Both the position numbers and the translations under genes were made by a program. A DNA stretch of 64,000 nt, from the NCBI GenBank assembly GCA_024679065.1, contig JAGIQG010000011.1, positions 68,634,001 to 68,698,000 of the forward strand, in the 5' to 3' direction. Every line of letters starts with the position of its first letter. Within the stretch, counting starts at the first letter, position 1. Under the pieces are notes generated by a model. The model saw only the letters and a program-made list of their open reading frames with translations. It did no database searches and was not told where the DNA came from. This DNA is from Sphyrna mokarran (Eukaryota). Positions 1 through 12,404 of this stretch are shown here, in pieces.

Positions 1-649
1 AGCGTCAAGTTGCCTCCTCCCATTATGGAGAGCTGTCGTAAACCCCATTGGAGTGAGCCACTCCTGAGGAGGTGGGAGGATGGTAGCAGGTCCAGAGACG
101 TCTGTCCTGGGCCTGCTAATGATAAGCAAATGTCTAATTCAATATGTAGGTCAGCTAATTGCCCAAAGAAATCTTGGAGCTGAATAAGTGCAGAAGCCAT
201 GGCATGTAGCAGGCCATTTGCTAAATGGACTCCGCAGTTATCTCCTAGCCATTATACTGCAACAGCAACGCAGAAGGTTGGAAAATCACCCTTATCTAGT
301 CTAAAGCTATTCAGTCAAAGAGAGATTTCCTTGAAAAATAATCAAATTATCCATTAAATTGATTTGAGCAATTTAAAAACACGCGCAGGTGCAAGATGCT
401 TCAAATAAAAAAATTTCAGTTAAATGCATATTTCATAACAAAACATAACAAGAATGTTATACTTCGTGAGTTAGACTTTATTATTCTCCAATGGAAGCTG
501 TTTCCTGATTATCTGATGAGATTGAATTGTCACAATATCGTAACGCATCTCTCCCTTCACAGACCCATTTAAAACATTTGAAGTGACAGAAAATGAACAG
601 CAGAAACAGGAAAGGAAGAAATGCAGACAACAATTGTGTTCTCCCTTCT

Positions 650-1027
650 GATGTGGAGATGCCGGCTTTGGACAGGGGTAAACACAGTAAGAAGCCTCAA
701 CGCCAGGTTAAAGTCCAACAGGTTTATTTGGTGGCACAAGCCACAAACTTTCGGAGCGCAGCTCCTTCATCAGGTAAGTAAGAGTTCTGTTCACAAACAG
801 GGCATATAAAATCACAAACTCAATTTACAACATAATGATTAGAATGTGAGACTTTACAGGTAATCAAGTCTTAAAGGTGCAGATAATGTGAATCATTGTC
901 TTTATATGTCCTGTTTGTGAACAGAGCTCCCACTCACCTGATGAAGGAGCAGCGCTCTGAAAGCATGTGGCTTGTGCTACCAAATAAACCTGTTGGACTT
1001 TAACCTGGTGTTGTGAGACTTCTTACC
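650..1027. mobile_element. Penelope-like element (family 1), inverted pair of 3' ends
   Basis: The left arm (minus) agtaagaagcctcaacgccaggttaaagtccaacaggtttatttgg... is the reverse complement of the right arm ...ccaaataaacctgttggactttaacctggtgttgtgagacttcttac. Both arms carry a CTGATGA..GAAA motif. The same sequence follows PLE ORF ends at 20773, 42672 and 51640. Confidence 0.8.
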
Positions 1028-1059
1028 TTCCCCTCTGAGTTAGAGGATCATTAAAGCCT

Positions 1060-1342
1060 CATTTCACAAACCGCTGCCTCACAGCACCAAAAATCCGCGT
1101 TCAATTCCTGGCTTGCATCACTGTCTGTAGAGTCTGCATGTTTTCCCTGCACCTGTATGGGTTTCCTCTGGGTGCTCCAGTTTCCTTCCACAGTCCAAAA
1201 CGTGCAGGTTAGGAGCATTGGCCAAGCTAAATTCTCCCTCAGTGTATCTAAACAGGCACTGGAGTGTAGCGACTTGGGGACCTTCACAGTAATTTCATTG
1301 CAGCATTAATGTAAGCTTACTTGTGACAAAATAAATAAATAA
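1060..1342 (+). mobile_element. tRNA-derived V-SINE, HE1-like head with alternative tail ending ...cttacttgtgac..aataaataaa
   Basis: ctgcctcacagcacc..gttcaattcc head and V-domain gggtttcctctgggtgctccagtttccttccacagtccaaa; homologous to 34300, 57480 and 58760. Confidence 0.8.
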
Positions 1343-1359
1343 GGAAAGGTTCTGATAAT

Positions 1360-1670
1360 AGAGCTGGGACTGAGGCTGGTAGGTGTGGAATTAAACTGAA
1401 GTTCCATTTCACGAACTGAAGTTCCATTTCACGGTCGCCTTAAATTAGTCCTTGACACTAGTTGAAGAAAAGCATGGATGTTTTCTCAATATTCTGGCCA
1501 GCCTTTATCCCAAAACCGATATCACTGAGTCAGATAATTGAGTCTTTTATCTTATTGTTGTTTATGGGAACCTTGCTGTGTGCAAATTGACTGACGTATT
1601 CGCTAACATCACAGCAGTAACAAACTCACTACAAAAGTTCTTTAACTTTGAAGCCCTCAGGAGGTAATTC
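1360..1670 (+). mobile_element. Degenerate Deu-domain SINE (SacSINE1-like)
   Basis: ctggccagcctttatccc..atcactga..cagataa..ttgtttatgggaaccttgctgtgtgcaaattgactg resembles the recalled Deu-domain core; also contains a 20-bp tandem duplication at 1394-1433. Confidence 0.6.
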
Positions 1671-2184
1671 ATTAAAAACTTCACACAGCTGCGAGTTCTT
1701 TTTTTTAATTTAACATTGGGACCTATTTATAAAATGTAATACACAACAGATAGGAGCTGAGAAATCACCCGTTGTGGGAAGGAAAGTTGGGCAGAGTGTA
1801 AAATGAGCTGCCAATATGCTTTCACTCATTTTGCAGAAGATAAATTTCACCCGATCAATTTCAGGCTCCTTATCTGAAAGTTATATTTTTTTCCCAATTG
1901 TGTTTTTTTTAATCCAATTATTTGTGTGTTTCCACAGCTAGACTTTTGAATCCTGCGAGGCATAGCCAAATCTTGGAATTTTGCTGCTATAGTATTACAT
2001 CGCTCCTTTTTTAATATAGTTTGTCAGATCTCTTTTGATTAACCCCAACCTTTTGTCTCCCAGATTCTTTGACAGCTCCCTAACTGTCTCTCCCCCCCTG
2101 ACAACCATTTTACTCTTTGACAACCCCTCTGATAACACCCGACCCTCCACCATTGTCCCTACTCTCTGACTCCTCTCACAACAT

Positions 2185-2473
2185 GGCACGGTGGCACACT
2201 GCTGCCTCACAGCATTAGGATCTCAGGTTCAATTCTAACCTTGGATGACTGCCTTTGTGGAGTTTGCAAGTTCTCTTTGGATCTACATGGGTATACTCCA
2301 TGCGCTCCAGATACATCCCATAGTCCAACAATATGCAGATTTAGTTGATTGATCATACTAAATTGCTCCTTAGTGTCAGAGGATTTGCAGGGTAAATAGA
2401 GCCTGGGTGTGATGATTGTCAGTGCACACTTGATGGACCAAATAGCCTCCTTCTGCACTATAGGGATTCTATG
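2185..2473 (+). mobile_element. HE1-type V-SINE with CR1-like tail
   Basis: ggcacggtggcac..gctgcctcacagc head, V-domain, and tail atggaccaaatagcctccttctgcactatagggattctatga. Confidence 0.85.
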
Positions 2474-3597
2474 ACCCTGTGATTATCCTCCCAGCCTGAC
2501 ATCACCCAACCTCACCACCCTACGCAGCTGGAACCTATCCACCCTACCAACCTGCCACCTTATCCAACATGTATCTATTAGCTTGCCACTCTGCCCTCCT
2601 ACCAACCTACCCACCATACCACTTATTACCCTGCCACCTTACTCATGCCTGCACAGCTGGCATACTATTGCTTTATTATCTTATCCACTTATCTCACTCA
2701 CACTCATTCAGTAATACACTGAAAAGTTCTTTAAATATCCCAAAGCTTTAGCACAGTGTTGGCAAATGAAGTCTTGGCAAAGTATGGAAGCTAGTGCCAT
2801 ACAAAAGGCATAGCTTTGATCCACTACTACAAAGAAAGATTCAAGAAAAGGCTATTTCTGAAGAGGCCCAATTCAGAATGTTGCGCGAGAAATGGGGAGC
2901 TTCAGAGCTGTGTAAAGAAATAGCCGAGTGGTTATCTGACTGTGATTGCTACTCTTTGGAAGATTCAGGTCCACGTTTTTTTACCCATGGTTGTTATGAA
3001 GCAACAACGTGCAAAAGATATAAAAGAAAGAGCTTCACCTACAATGTTTCATTAAAGCTGGTCAATAAAAAATTAAGGGCACCATATAAAAGTTACTCTT
3101 ATATCCCTCATAATTCCTACTGGAATGAGGGATATTGTAAATTACTGTTAATTTGAAACAGGGATCTGCACTGGCCGGAGGAACTGATTTAAGACTCTGA
3201 TTTCAGAGAGAGGAAACAACTCTACCTCATCTGTCTGGGTGAGTTCAAAGCAAGGTAACTAAGCTGCAAGCAATATTTTGACTTTGAATTGCATTGTCCC
3301 CAGAGAACGAAATCATCTAACCATCAATTTTGCATAGCCATTTTTATTCCATAAATATAAAGCTAATGACTGTAATCTCTATTGAACACTGGAAGCAATT
3401 AGAAATAATTTGGTTCTATCTGGGACTGACCAACAGAAAATCAGCATGGACTTAAAGATGCTGATGGTCTCCTTTAGTGTCAAATCAATTTTATAGCTCA
3501 ACATATTACAGTCACAAAATAAAATATTTTTGAAAGTTGCAATTCAATTTTTTATCTAAATCGATTTAGGAAGTGCTAATTGAGCAATAGAAAGAAA

Positions 3598-3963
3598 TCT
3601 TTACTTTGCATAGTGAATTTATTAACCTCAAAACATCCCAAAACATTTTACATCTCAGGAAGTAATTTACTGAAGGGTAGACACTGTTGTGATATAGCAG
3701 GCAGAAAAGTCCTGTATGCAGGAATGTGATAACAAGCAGATAATTAGTTTTCAGTTCTTTTTCACAATCGTGTCAAGGGATTTATTTCATTTACCTCATG
3801 ATGATTTAACATCTCATGAGGAAGGACAGCACCTCCAGCAGTGAGGCACTCCCTGAGGAACACATAGGACTGTCAACCTACATTATTGAGCTCAAATCTC
3901 TGACGTGGGTCTTGAACCTTACAGTTTTGATTCAGGAGTAGGAAGCTAACCAATGGAGCCACA
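3598..3963 (-). mobile_element. Deu-domain SINE (SacSINE1-like), degenerate
   Basis: Reverse-complement tRNA-like head (cttgaacc..gctaaccaatggagccac) plus body atttaacatctcat..gacagcacctccagcagtg..cactccct, and tail acctcaaaacatcccaaaac. Confidence 0.7.
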
Positions 3964-5059
3964 ACGGATGTGGTTTTAAGACCGCTTTAAAAAAACACTT
4001 GTCTTTGGCATCTGTTCTTCACTACATTTTTCAATAATTTGTTTAACTCATTTTTCAAATGTGAACGAAATAAAGACCAAAATGAAGTACAAACTTCTTT
4101 TCATACAAATATTGTTTTTAAAGGGGACTGCATTATTTTGGGTTTTTTTAAAAGATGAATTGCTATATGGCAGAGGAAAATATGATTTTACTAATATATC
4201 TTAAAGTTATGTTTCATATGATAGAGTATCCTGAAATCATACTGGGAAAGAAATATTTGCATTTAAATACTGAATGTTGTAACCTCAGGGCATTGTAAAT
4301 TGCTTCACTATAATATCAGTTTGCTTTCTTTAAAGGAATGCATGTTTTCCTATCTGGCCTGCATTTTGTTCTTTTTCATTGTCCTTTGGTCATGAATGTT
4401 CTCTATCCAAGAGGGCAGATTTCCCAGGCATCAGCACTGTTTTACTTTGTTGGGTCTCAGGAAATTTGTCATTGTCTCAACCTTGGAAGAACTTACTACA
4501 CAAGAAATTCTTTTCAATTGGGTTCATCGTTGTTTTTGATCTTCATGAACATGATCAAGATTAAAAATTCATGAGAGTGGAGGAATGAACTCTGATCTCT
4601 CCTGATGAGGTATCCTACAAATTCTACTGAACATATTGTGTCGTCAAGAGCCACATCAGGATGTTGCCTGTTAAAATGCCAATATATAATGATAAAGGAG
4701 TAGAACACAATTTTGATTCTCCAGTTTTGAATATTAGCCAGTTCATTTAGAGGCACCATGAAATGGAATCAACATGCTTTCTCTTCGAATTCGCACAGTC
4801 CAGTTACAAATTTGGGAATTTCAATGAGAGCAGATCAATTGCTTATCTTCTTATGGTACACAAGGTTAGCGAAACACTGAAGATTTTCCTTTCCACAGAT
4901 TAAGAAGTGAAAATAGACATTTATTGTAAAATAAATGAATTCCTTCAAAGTTGCAAATTGTTTTCTTAGTGCCAGATAATGAAAAAAAGTAGTATTATAC
5001 CAAAATGACAACCATAAATTATTTTTCTGATAGAACAGTAAAATAAATGATTTTCTTAC

Positions 5060-5249
5060 TTGTGGCACTCATCCAATGCAAGCACATGGGGATGGTCATT
5101 AGGGGACATTGCAACAATGATTTCTTGGTTAAAAGCTCCAAACCTATTTTGGTCAATTGTATGTCTTGAAATAGTTGATGATGTCGAGCTTGTCCAGTAA
5201 AGAGTATCCCAAGCTTTGTGATATGCCAGACCCTCAACGGAGCCCACAT
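5060..5249 (-). CDS. LRP1B: Internal coding exon of low-density lipoprotein receptor-related protein 1B (YWTD beta-propeller region)
   Basis: Minus strand reads ...ttttaattcaacAG|AT GTG GGC TCC GTT GAG... to ...GAG TGC CAC AA|GTAAGA (canonical acceptor and donor, 190 bp, phase 1 to phase 2). Translation [63 protein letters not shown] matches recalled LRP1B ([21 protein letters not shown]) better than LRP1 ([21 protein letters not shown]). Confidence 0.93.
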
Positions 5250-5399
5250 CTGTTGAATTAAAAGTGAACAAGTCAATCACAAATTGTATGTTTGTAAGTG
5301 CAATCAAATGGGAAGAAAATGTGAAGCTGTACAAGTTGCTCACAATGAGATATGAACATAGAAAACAAAAAAACTGATTGGAGAAGTTTCTATAAGAGA

Positions 5400-6605
5400 A
5401 AAAGATTGACAAGAAATAATGCAGGCCCCTTATAGTCAGAAACTTGGAATTCATAATCGGGTATAAAGAAATGGCCAAGGAATTAAATCCATACTTTGCT
5501 TTATTTATTATAAAGGAAGACATGAATAATGTACTACAAGTTCTGGGAGAAACATATTTATGTGAGGAGCTGAAGGAAATCAGCTGCAGTGGAAAAGTGG
5601 TTTTGGAGAAATTGATGGGATTGAAGGTGGATAAATCTCCAGATCCTGATAACCTTCATCCCAGAGTACTCAATGAAGTAGCACTGGAAATAGTAGATCG
5701 ATTGGTGTTTATTTTGCAAAATTCTTTCGACTCTGGACTGGTTCCCACAGACTTGAAAGTAGCTAATGTAAAAACTGCTATTCAAAAAGCTAGATAGAGA
5801 AATAACAAGGATCAGTGAGCCTGATGTCGATACTGGAGGAATTTTTAGAGTCCATTTTCAAGGATTTTATAATTCAGCATTGGAAGGCAATGGTATAATC
5901 AGACAAAGTCAGCAGATAATTACAAAAGGAAAGTCATGCTTGACAAATCTATTGGAATTGTTTGAGGGTATAACTTGTAGAGTTGATCAACGAGAAGTGG
6001 TGGTTGTAGTTTATTTAGACTTTCAAAAGACTTTCGACAAGGTCTCACATAACACACCACTGTGTATAGTAAAAGCATATGGGATTGCAGTTAATACCTT
6101 GAGATGGATACAAAACTGGTTAGCAGATAGGAAACAAAGAGCTTGCATAACTGGATTAGCAATCAGTGACTAGTGGGGTTCTGCAAGAATCTGTGCTAGG
6201 ACCCAACTGTTCACATCATATATTAATGGTTTGGAAGAGGGAATTGAATATGTTATCTCTAAATTTGCAGATGATACAAAATGGGGTGGGAGGGTGAGCT
6301 GTAAGGATGGTACAGAGATGATTCAACATGATTTGGGTAGACTGAGTGTGAGGGTATATGCACGGCAAATGCAGAATAATGTGAATATAAGTGAGGTTAT
6401 CCACTTTGGTAGCAACAATAGGAAGAGAGTTTATTATTGAATGGGTGTAAATTGAGAAAGGTGGATACTCATTGAGACTTTGGCATCCTTATGCATCATC
6501 ACTGAAAGTAAGTGCACAGGTACAATAGGTAATAAAGAAGGCAAATGGTATGCTGGTCTTCACAGAGAGTGGATTTGTGTATAGGAATACAAATGTTTTG
6601 CTGCA
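5400..6605 (+). mobile_element. Old CR1 LINE ORF2 fragment (reverse transcriptase), frameshifted
   Basis: ORF pieces [52 protein letters not shown] are typical CR1 RT motifs. Confidence 0.9.
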
Positions 6606-7760
6606 ATCTCCTCACCACCAATACATAATAGCAGCAGTATGTGTCACCTACAAAATGAACTGTAGGGTCTCACCAAGATTCCTTATTCAGCACTTTTGAA
6701 ATCCAAAACCAGTACGATTTAGAAGGACAAGGGCGGGAGATACCTGGGAATACTACCACTTGGAGGTTTCCCTCCAAGTCATTCACCATCCTGATGAGGA
6801 AATGTCCACTGTCACTGGGTCAAAATCCTGGAATACCCTCCCTCATAGCACTATAGAAGTGCCTACACCTTAGCGATTATAGCAGTTCAAGAAGACAGCT
6901 CACCATTACATAGAACATAGAATATTACAGCGCAGAACAGGCCCTTCGGCCTTCAATGTTGCGCCGACCAATTAGGAAAAAGCCATGACCCTCTAACCTA
7001 AACCATTCCCTTTTCGTCCATAAACTTATCTACTAACCTCTTAAACGCCACCAAACTTGGCGCATCTACAACTGCAGCAGGCAGGGCATTCCATACCCTT
7101 ACCACCCTCTGGGTAAAGAACCTACCTCTGACATCCATCCTATAACTACCACCCCTTAATTTAAAGCTATGTCCCCTCGTGCTAGCTTTCTCCATCCTAG
7201 GAAAAAGGCTATCACTGTCCACCCTATCTAAACCTCTAATCATCTTATATGTTTCGATTAGGTCCCCTCTTAGCCGCCTCCTTTCTAACGAAAACAACCT
7301 CAAATCCCTCAGCCTCTCCTCATAAGACCTGCCCTCCATACCAGGCAACATCCTGGTAAACCTCCTCTGTACCCTCTCCAATGCCTCCACATCTTTCTTA
7401 TAATGTGGGGACCAGAACTGCACACAATACTCCAAGTGCGGCCGCACTAGAGTTTTGTACAGTTGCAACATGACGTTGCGGCTCCGAAATTCAATCCCCC
7501 TACCAATAAAAGCTAAGACTCCATATGCCTTCTTAACAACCTTATCGACTTGACTGCCAACTTTCAGGGATCTATGCACATATACACCAAGATCCCTCTG
7601 TTCATCAACACTATTAAGAGTCCTACCATTAGTCCTATATTCTACACATAGGGTTTATGTGTAGAGTGAATTACCTCACAAGGACAAATAGCGATGGACA
7701 ATAAATGCTGGCATAGTCACTGACACCCACATCACATAAGTGAATTTTAAAAAAAAACTA
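6605..7760 (+). mobile_element. 3' ends of L2/Crack-like LINE, interrupted by a CR1 insertion at 6908-7680
   Basis: cagcagttcaagaagacagctcacca ... gatggacaataaatgctggc..cccacatcacataagtgaat, the same 3' end as at 15955 and 56160. Confidence 0.7.
6908..7680 (-). mobile_element. Young 5'-truncated CR1 (HER1-type) LINE, family A
   Basis: Uninterrupted 193-aa ORF 6998-7579 (LYKTLVRPHLEYCVQFWSP...WNALP), short 3' UTR and (ttctatg)n-type tail. Confidence 0.95.
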
Positions 7761-8979
7761 TTCTCTTATTTCAGGTTGCATTAAATTAGGCTTTATTCTT
7801 GCGCACACTTTTATGGGAAACAACAGTCCTTCTCTTTATAACAGCCAGACCACATGGGAAAGGGATTCAATTGCAGTTCATGCTACTCAACAATAATTTT
7901 ACCATGTGATCCAATCATATATCTTTCATCTTAAAACAGTTGATAAAGTACAATGAAAAGTGCTGTCTCTTTCAATGATATAAAGGATTATGACCACATG
8001 ATATATTCACCCCAAGCTCAAGCAGAAGCAAGTCTTACGTAAAATAAAATTGCTAAACTTCTCACCAATGGTTAAATTTAATGTCTGAAATAACCAATAT
8101 CACAATTTAAAAATCTCTACTGACTATCTGTTAATTTTGTGTAGATTGTAAATCCAACATGATATACTGCATTATAATATTTCCTTTTATTTTTAATTGG
8201 CACATGCCAAGTCATTAAATGGCTCAGAGATTCCTTTAAAAATTTAGCTTTGTCCTTAATTACATCTGAAGGCAGCCCCAAGAGATCCTCCTCAAGTCTC
8301 TTCCAAACCTCCGCGGCTGCCAAACATATTGAAAAATATATTAAGATAGCCCTGTGGTCTGAATAACATTATCAGACCCTGAACTTACCATTCCAGTTAG
8401 TCGTTCACCTGCTTAAATGTGCCAGTTAAAGCCAGCAAACATAACGTTCACATCATGCTGCCTCAATATTCAGCTCCATGCACGCTCCATTCTTGTCAGG
8501 CACAAGGGACTAAAATTATCCCTTCAGATTTATGAGCCAATGCTACAGGAACTGCTGTGTAAGTCACATACCATTTGTACATCAAAGTTGTACATCGCTG
8601 CAGTTAACATACTGCATACTTTTGTTATTTTCTGGTAACGGCACTTTTAGAACCACTGCTGAAACATCACAATTATCAGTTAGTCAGCCTATCATGATGT
8701 GTGATGTAATTTTCGAAGCAATGCTTTCATCTCTGTCCAACATCTGAAGGTGAGTAGAATGAGGATTTTTTTTTTGCCACAAACCTTCGTAGAAGCAAAA
8801 TCAATAGGCAGAATATTTTTGATGGTGGGATTCACCTGTAGAGTTGATGGGGCACACAACCCCACAGCCATTCGGTACTCCAAGAAACGTTAATTGACTG
8901 GAAACGGGATAAGCAGTCAGACAGCAACTGGTCGGTCAATAGTTCTGTAATCCCAGCAGCATCAATGGCAGTGATGGCC

Positions 8980-9940
8980 AGAACATAGAACATAGAACAT
9001 TACAGCACAGAACAGGCCCTTTGGCCTTCGATGTTGTGCCGACCAAAATAAAAAGCAATGCCCCTCCAAACTAAACCATTCCCTTCTCTTCCATATACTT
9101 ATCAATTAACCTCTTAAACGCCACCAAACTTGGCGCATCTACAACAGCTGCAGGCAGGGCATTCCACTCCCTAATCACTCTTTGAGTAAAGAACCTACCT
9201 CTGATATCCGTCCTATAACTCATACCCCTTAATTTAAAGTTGTGTCCCCTCGTGCTAGCTTTCTCCATCCTAGGAAAAAGGCTATCACTGTCCACCCTAT
9301 CTAAACCTCTAATCATCTTATATGTTTCAATAAGATCCCCTCTTAGCCGCCTCCTTTCTAACGAAAACAACCTCAAATCCTTCAACCTCTCTTCATAGGA
9401 CCTGCCCTCCATACCAGGCAACATCCTGGTAAACCTCCTCTGTACCCTCTCCAATGCCTCCACATCTTTCTTATAATGTGGGGACCAGAACTGCACACAA
9501 TACTCCAAGTGCGGCCGCACTAGAGTTTTGTACAGTTGCAACATGATGCTGCGGCTCCTAAATTCAATCCCCCTACCAATAAAAGCTAAGACTCCATATG
9601 CCTTCTTAACAACTTTATCCACTTGACTGCCTACTTTCAGGGATCTATTGACACATACACCAAGATCCTTCTGTTCCTCAACACTATTAAGAGCCCTACC
9701 ATTAGCCCTATACTCTACACATTTATTGTTCCTGCCAAAGTGCATTACCTCACACTTTTCCACATTAAACTCCATTTGCCACCTCTCGGCCCAGCTCTGC
9801 AACTTGTCCAAGTCACTCTGTAAACTATAACACCCGTCTTCACTATCTACCACTCCACCGACTTTAGTGTCATCTGCAAATTTACTGATCCATCCCTCAA
9901 TACCCTCATCCAGATCATTTATAAAAATTACAAACAGAGG
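8980..9940 (-). mobile_element. Young 5'-truncated CR1 LINE, family A
   Basis: Uninterrupted 260-aa ORF 9071-9853, FADD motif just upstream, and tail repeat (agaacat)n on the plus strand. Confidence 0.95.
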
Positions 9941-9981
9941 CTATCCAGGACAGAGACTATCCATGATCCCCAGATTCCACC

Positions 9982-10278
9982 ATGGAGTGGCACAGTTGTT
10001 AGCACTGTGGCTTCATAACATCAGGGACTTGCCCACTGTCTGTGTGGGAGTTTGCACATTCTCCCCATGTCTGCATAGGCTTCTTCCCTGTGCTCCGGTT
10101 TCCTCCCATAGAACTAAAATGTACAGGTTGGGTGGATTGGCCATGCTAAATTGCCTCTTAGTGTCAGGGGAACTATCTAGGTAAATGCATGGGGCTGTAG
10201 TGATAGGGTCTGGGTAGGATTGTGGTCGGTAGGCTTGATGGGCCGAATGGCCTTTTTCTACACTGTAGGATTCTATGA
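9982..10278 (+). mobile_element. HE1-type V-SINE
   Basis: gtggcacagttgttagcactg head, V-domain, and tail gatgggccgaatggcctttttctacactgtaggattctatga. Confidence 0.85.
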
Positions 10279-10712
10279 CCAGGTAAATGTGCATGATCTC
10301 ATGGTGGGGAAGGGAAATGAGACAGTGGGTGGGGACAGGCCAGTGAGGGTTTTGGTAGGCAGATCAATGGTATGGAGGAGGAAAGAGAGGGGTGGGGATC
10401 AGGGAGAAGAGACATCATCCATGTGGGGGCAGACATTGGTAGGAAAATGATAAGAAGGCCTTGGCTGGGGACCAAGATCTGAGCAGGGTGACCTGCTGGG
10501 CATTCCCTATAGCCCTGAATTCTTCTGCCTGGCCTCAAAGTTGAGGCTAAGGCAGGAACTGTCCCTTAAATTGGCTTTAATTGGGGTGAAGATATCAGGC
10601 CTGCCCTTAGACTCATCTACTCCATGTAAAAATGTATAAAGATCAGGGTTTGTGGAAGAGAGCAGTAAGGTCATCCAGGAAATTTTGCAGACCTTCCTGC
10701 AGCATGCAAACC

Positions 10713-11256
10713 ACAAGACCATAAAACATAGGAGATGAATTAGGCCATTTGGCTCATCGAGTCTGCTCCGCCATTCAATCACGGCTGTTTTTTTTTCTCA
10801 TGCGCATTCTCCTGCCTTTTCTCCATTACCCATGATCCCCTTATTAATCTATCTCTGTCTTAAAGACATTCAGTGACCTGGTCTCCCCAGCCTTCTGCAG
10901 CAGAGTTCCACAGATTCACCACTCTCTGGATGCAAAAATTCCTTTTCATCTTTGTTTCAAAGGATTGTCCCTTTAGCTGAGGTTGTGCCCTCTGGTTTTA
11001 GTTTTTCCTACTAGTGGAAACAACCTTTTCATGTCCACTCTATCCAGACCTCGCAGTTTCCTGTAAGTTTCAAGAAGTTCCCTGCTCAATCAATGAGCAC
11101 AGACGCAAAGTCCTCAGCTGTTCCTCATATTACAAGCTCTTTATTCCAAGGATCACTCTTGTGAACTTCCCATGGACGCTTTCCAAGGCCAGCACATTCT
11201 TCTTTAGATAGAGGGCCCAAAACTGCTCACAGTACTCCAAAAGTAGTCTGACCAGA
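10713..11256 (-). mobile_element. CR1 LINE 3' fragment (older subfamily)
   Basis: taggccatttggctcatcgagtctgctccgccattcaat..., cagagttccacagattcaccactctctgg, aactgctcacagtactcca. Confidence 0.85.
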
Positions 11257-12404
11257 GGGAATTTGATAATTGCTTTAGAAAAAGTAATATTTAAAGTTAT
11301 CAGCAGTCAGCAAGGGAGTGGATGGCTCATGTGGAGAAAAAAAGCAGCACAACTTGATTGAGCAAAGCAATGACAACGTGTAACAATCTATAATTCTATC
11401 AAATTCCTAATATTCCTACCGCAATGGCTTCAACTCCAACACTTTCTAATTTATTAACATGAGAACAATATGTAACTCAAAGAATATTATACACATGTGC
11501 TGGTCACGAATTACTCAGTAGTGACCAATAATTCTTTCATTCCAGCTATTCCTGACTGCTGGGAGTTTCAGCTGAGGAAGATTGTCTATTAGATACATGT
11601 TATGCCAGAGCTTAATTTGAGTGTCTGAGTTCTTTTCTCTATTGTTTAAAAATTAGTGCCTATTTCTCTTTGGAAGTGACAGAATCTGTGATCTGAAGTC
11701 TTTTTTTGGCTGAGAGTGCTGGTTAAAGGTATAAACATTGTCTCATGAATAGTCATTGAGTGAACACTTGGGACTTGGAGAATGACATTTGGATGTTTAC
11801 AATTCACAAGTGACTTATCACAGCACAGCCTTTGGAAAGTTCACACATACTTTGTTGTTTGTCAAATTCTGCACAGACCGGCAAAAAAATTTGTAGTACT
11901 GATGCCATGTTGTTAGAAGTTAACAACAACAGACAGATGGAGCAGACAGACATCCATAGGATGTAAATGGACCAAAGCACATACTACCAGGATGTAGTGC
12001 AATCATCCATGATTGTGTTCCATTTTGATGTGAAGGGATTGTTGTCACAAGCTTACATGTTATGCACTGTAAGGTTGGAGCATTTTTGTTCTATTTCTCG
12101 AGGGAATAAGAAGCCAGTTCTGGATAAGTCACCTTGATACTTGTTCAGGGGTTTTGCACATTCAATGATTACAAAGAAAGATGCTTTTCTTAGCCTGAAA
12201 ATGGAGAAAAATACTAAATTGAATTCAAGGTTAAACATTTTAACATATGGAGCATTGAAGACTTTTCTTTATCGAATAAACGTTCATACTTCTACATAGT
12301 AACCGAAGCTCCCAAAATGTTCAACTGTAATTAGATCGAATTTGAGAGACTGGCGGAACAAAGTAACTATCACTAGATAGACACAGAAGCAATCAGGTTG
12401 TATA

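Noticed and set aside
771-780. Strong plus-strand splice donor CAGGTAAGTA (another at 43701-43710)
   Set aside because: The first is simply the reverse complement of the PLE hammerhead start. The second has no supportable upstream exon, so no plus-strand gene is called.
1394-1433. 20-bp direct repeat (and a 15-bp repeat at 34221-34257) as possible CRISPR-like array
   Set aside because: Only two adjacent units, no spacer series, eukaryotic context; these are local tandem duplications.
2185-2260. tRNA-like A/B boxes at SINE heads
   Set aside because: They are degenerate and contiguous with SINE bodies; no cloverleaf tRNA gene is supported.
5060-5249. Assignment to LRP1 rather than LRP1B
   Set aside because: Diagnostic residues (AWDT, TSST, HPHVLAL) and the giant intron favour LRP1B; reciprocal BLAST would confirm.
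5250-5523. N-terminal part of the 155-aa minus ORF 5056-5523
   Set aside because: It is intron and antisense CR1 read-through; LRP1B similarity begins at the AG acceptor at 5251-5250.
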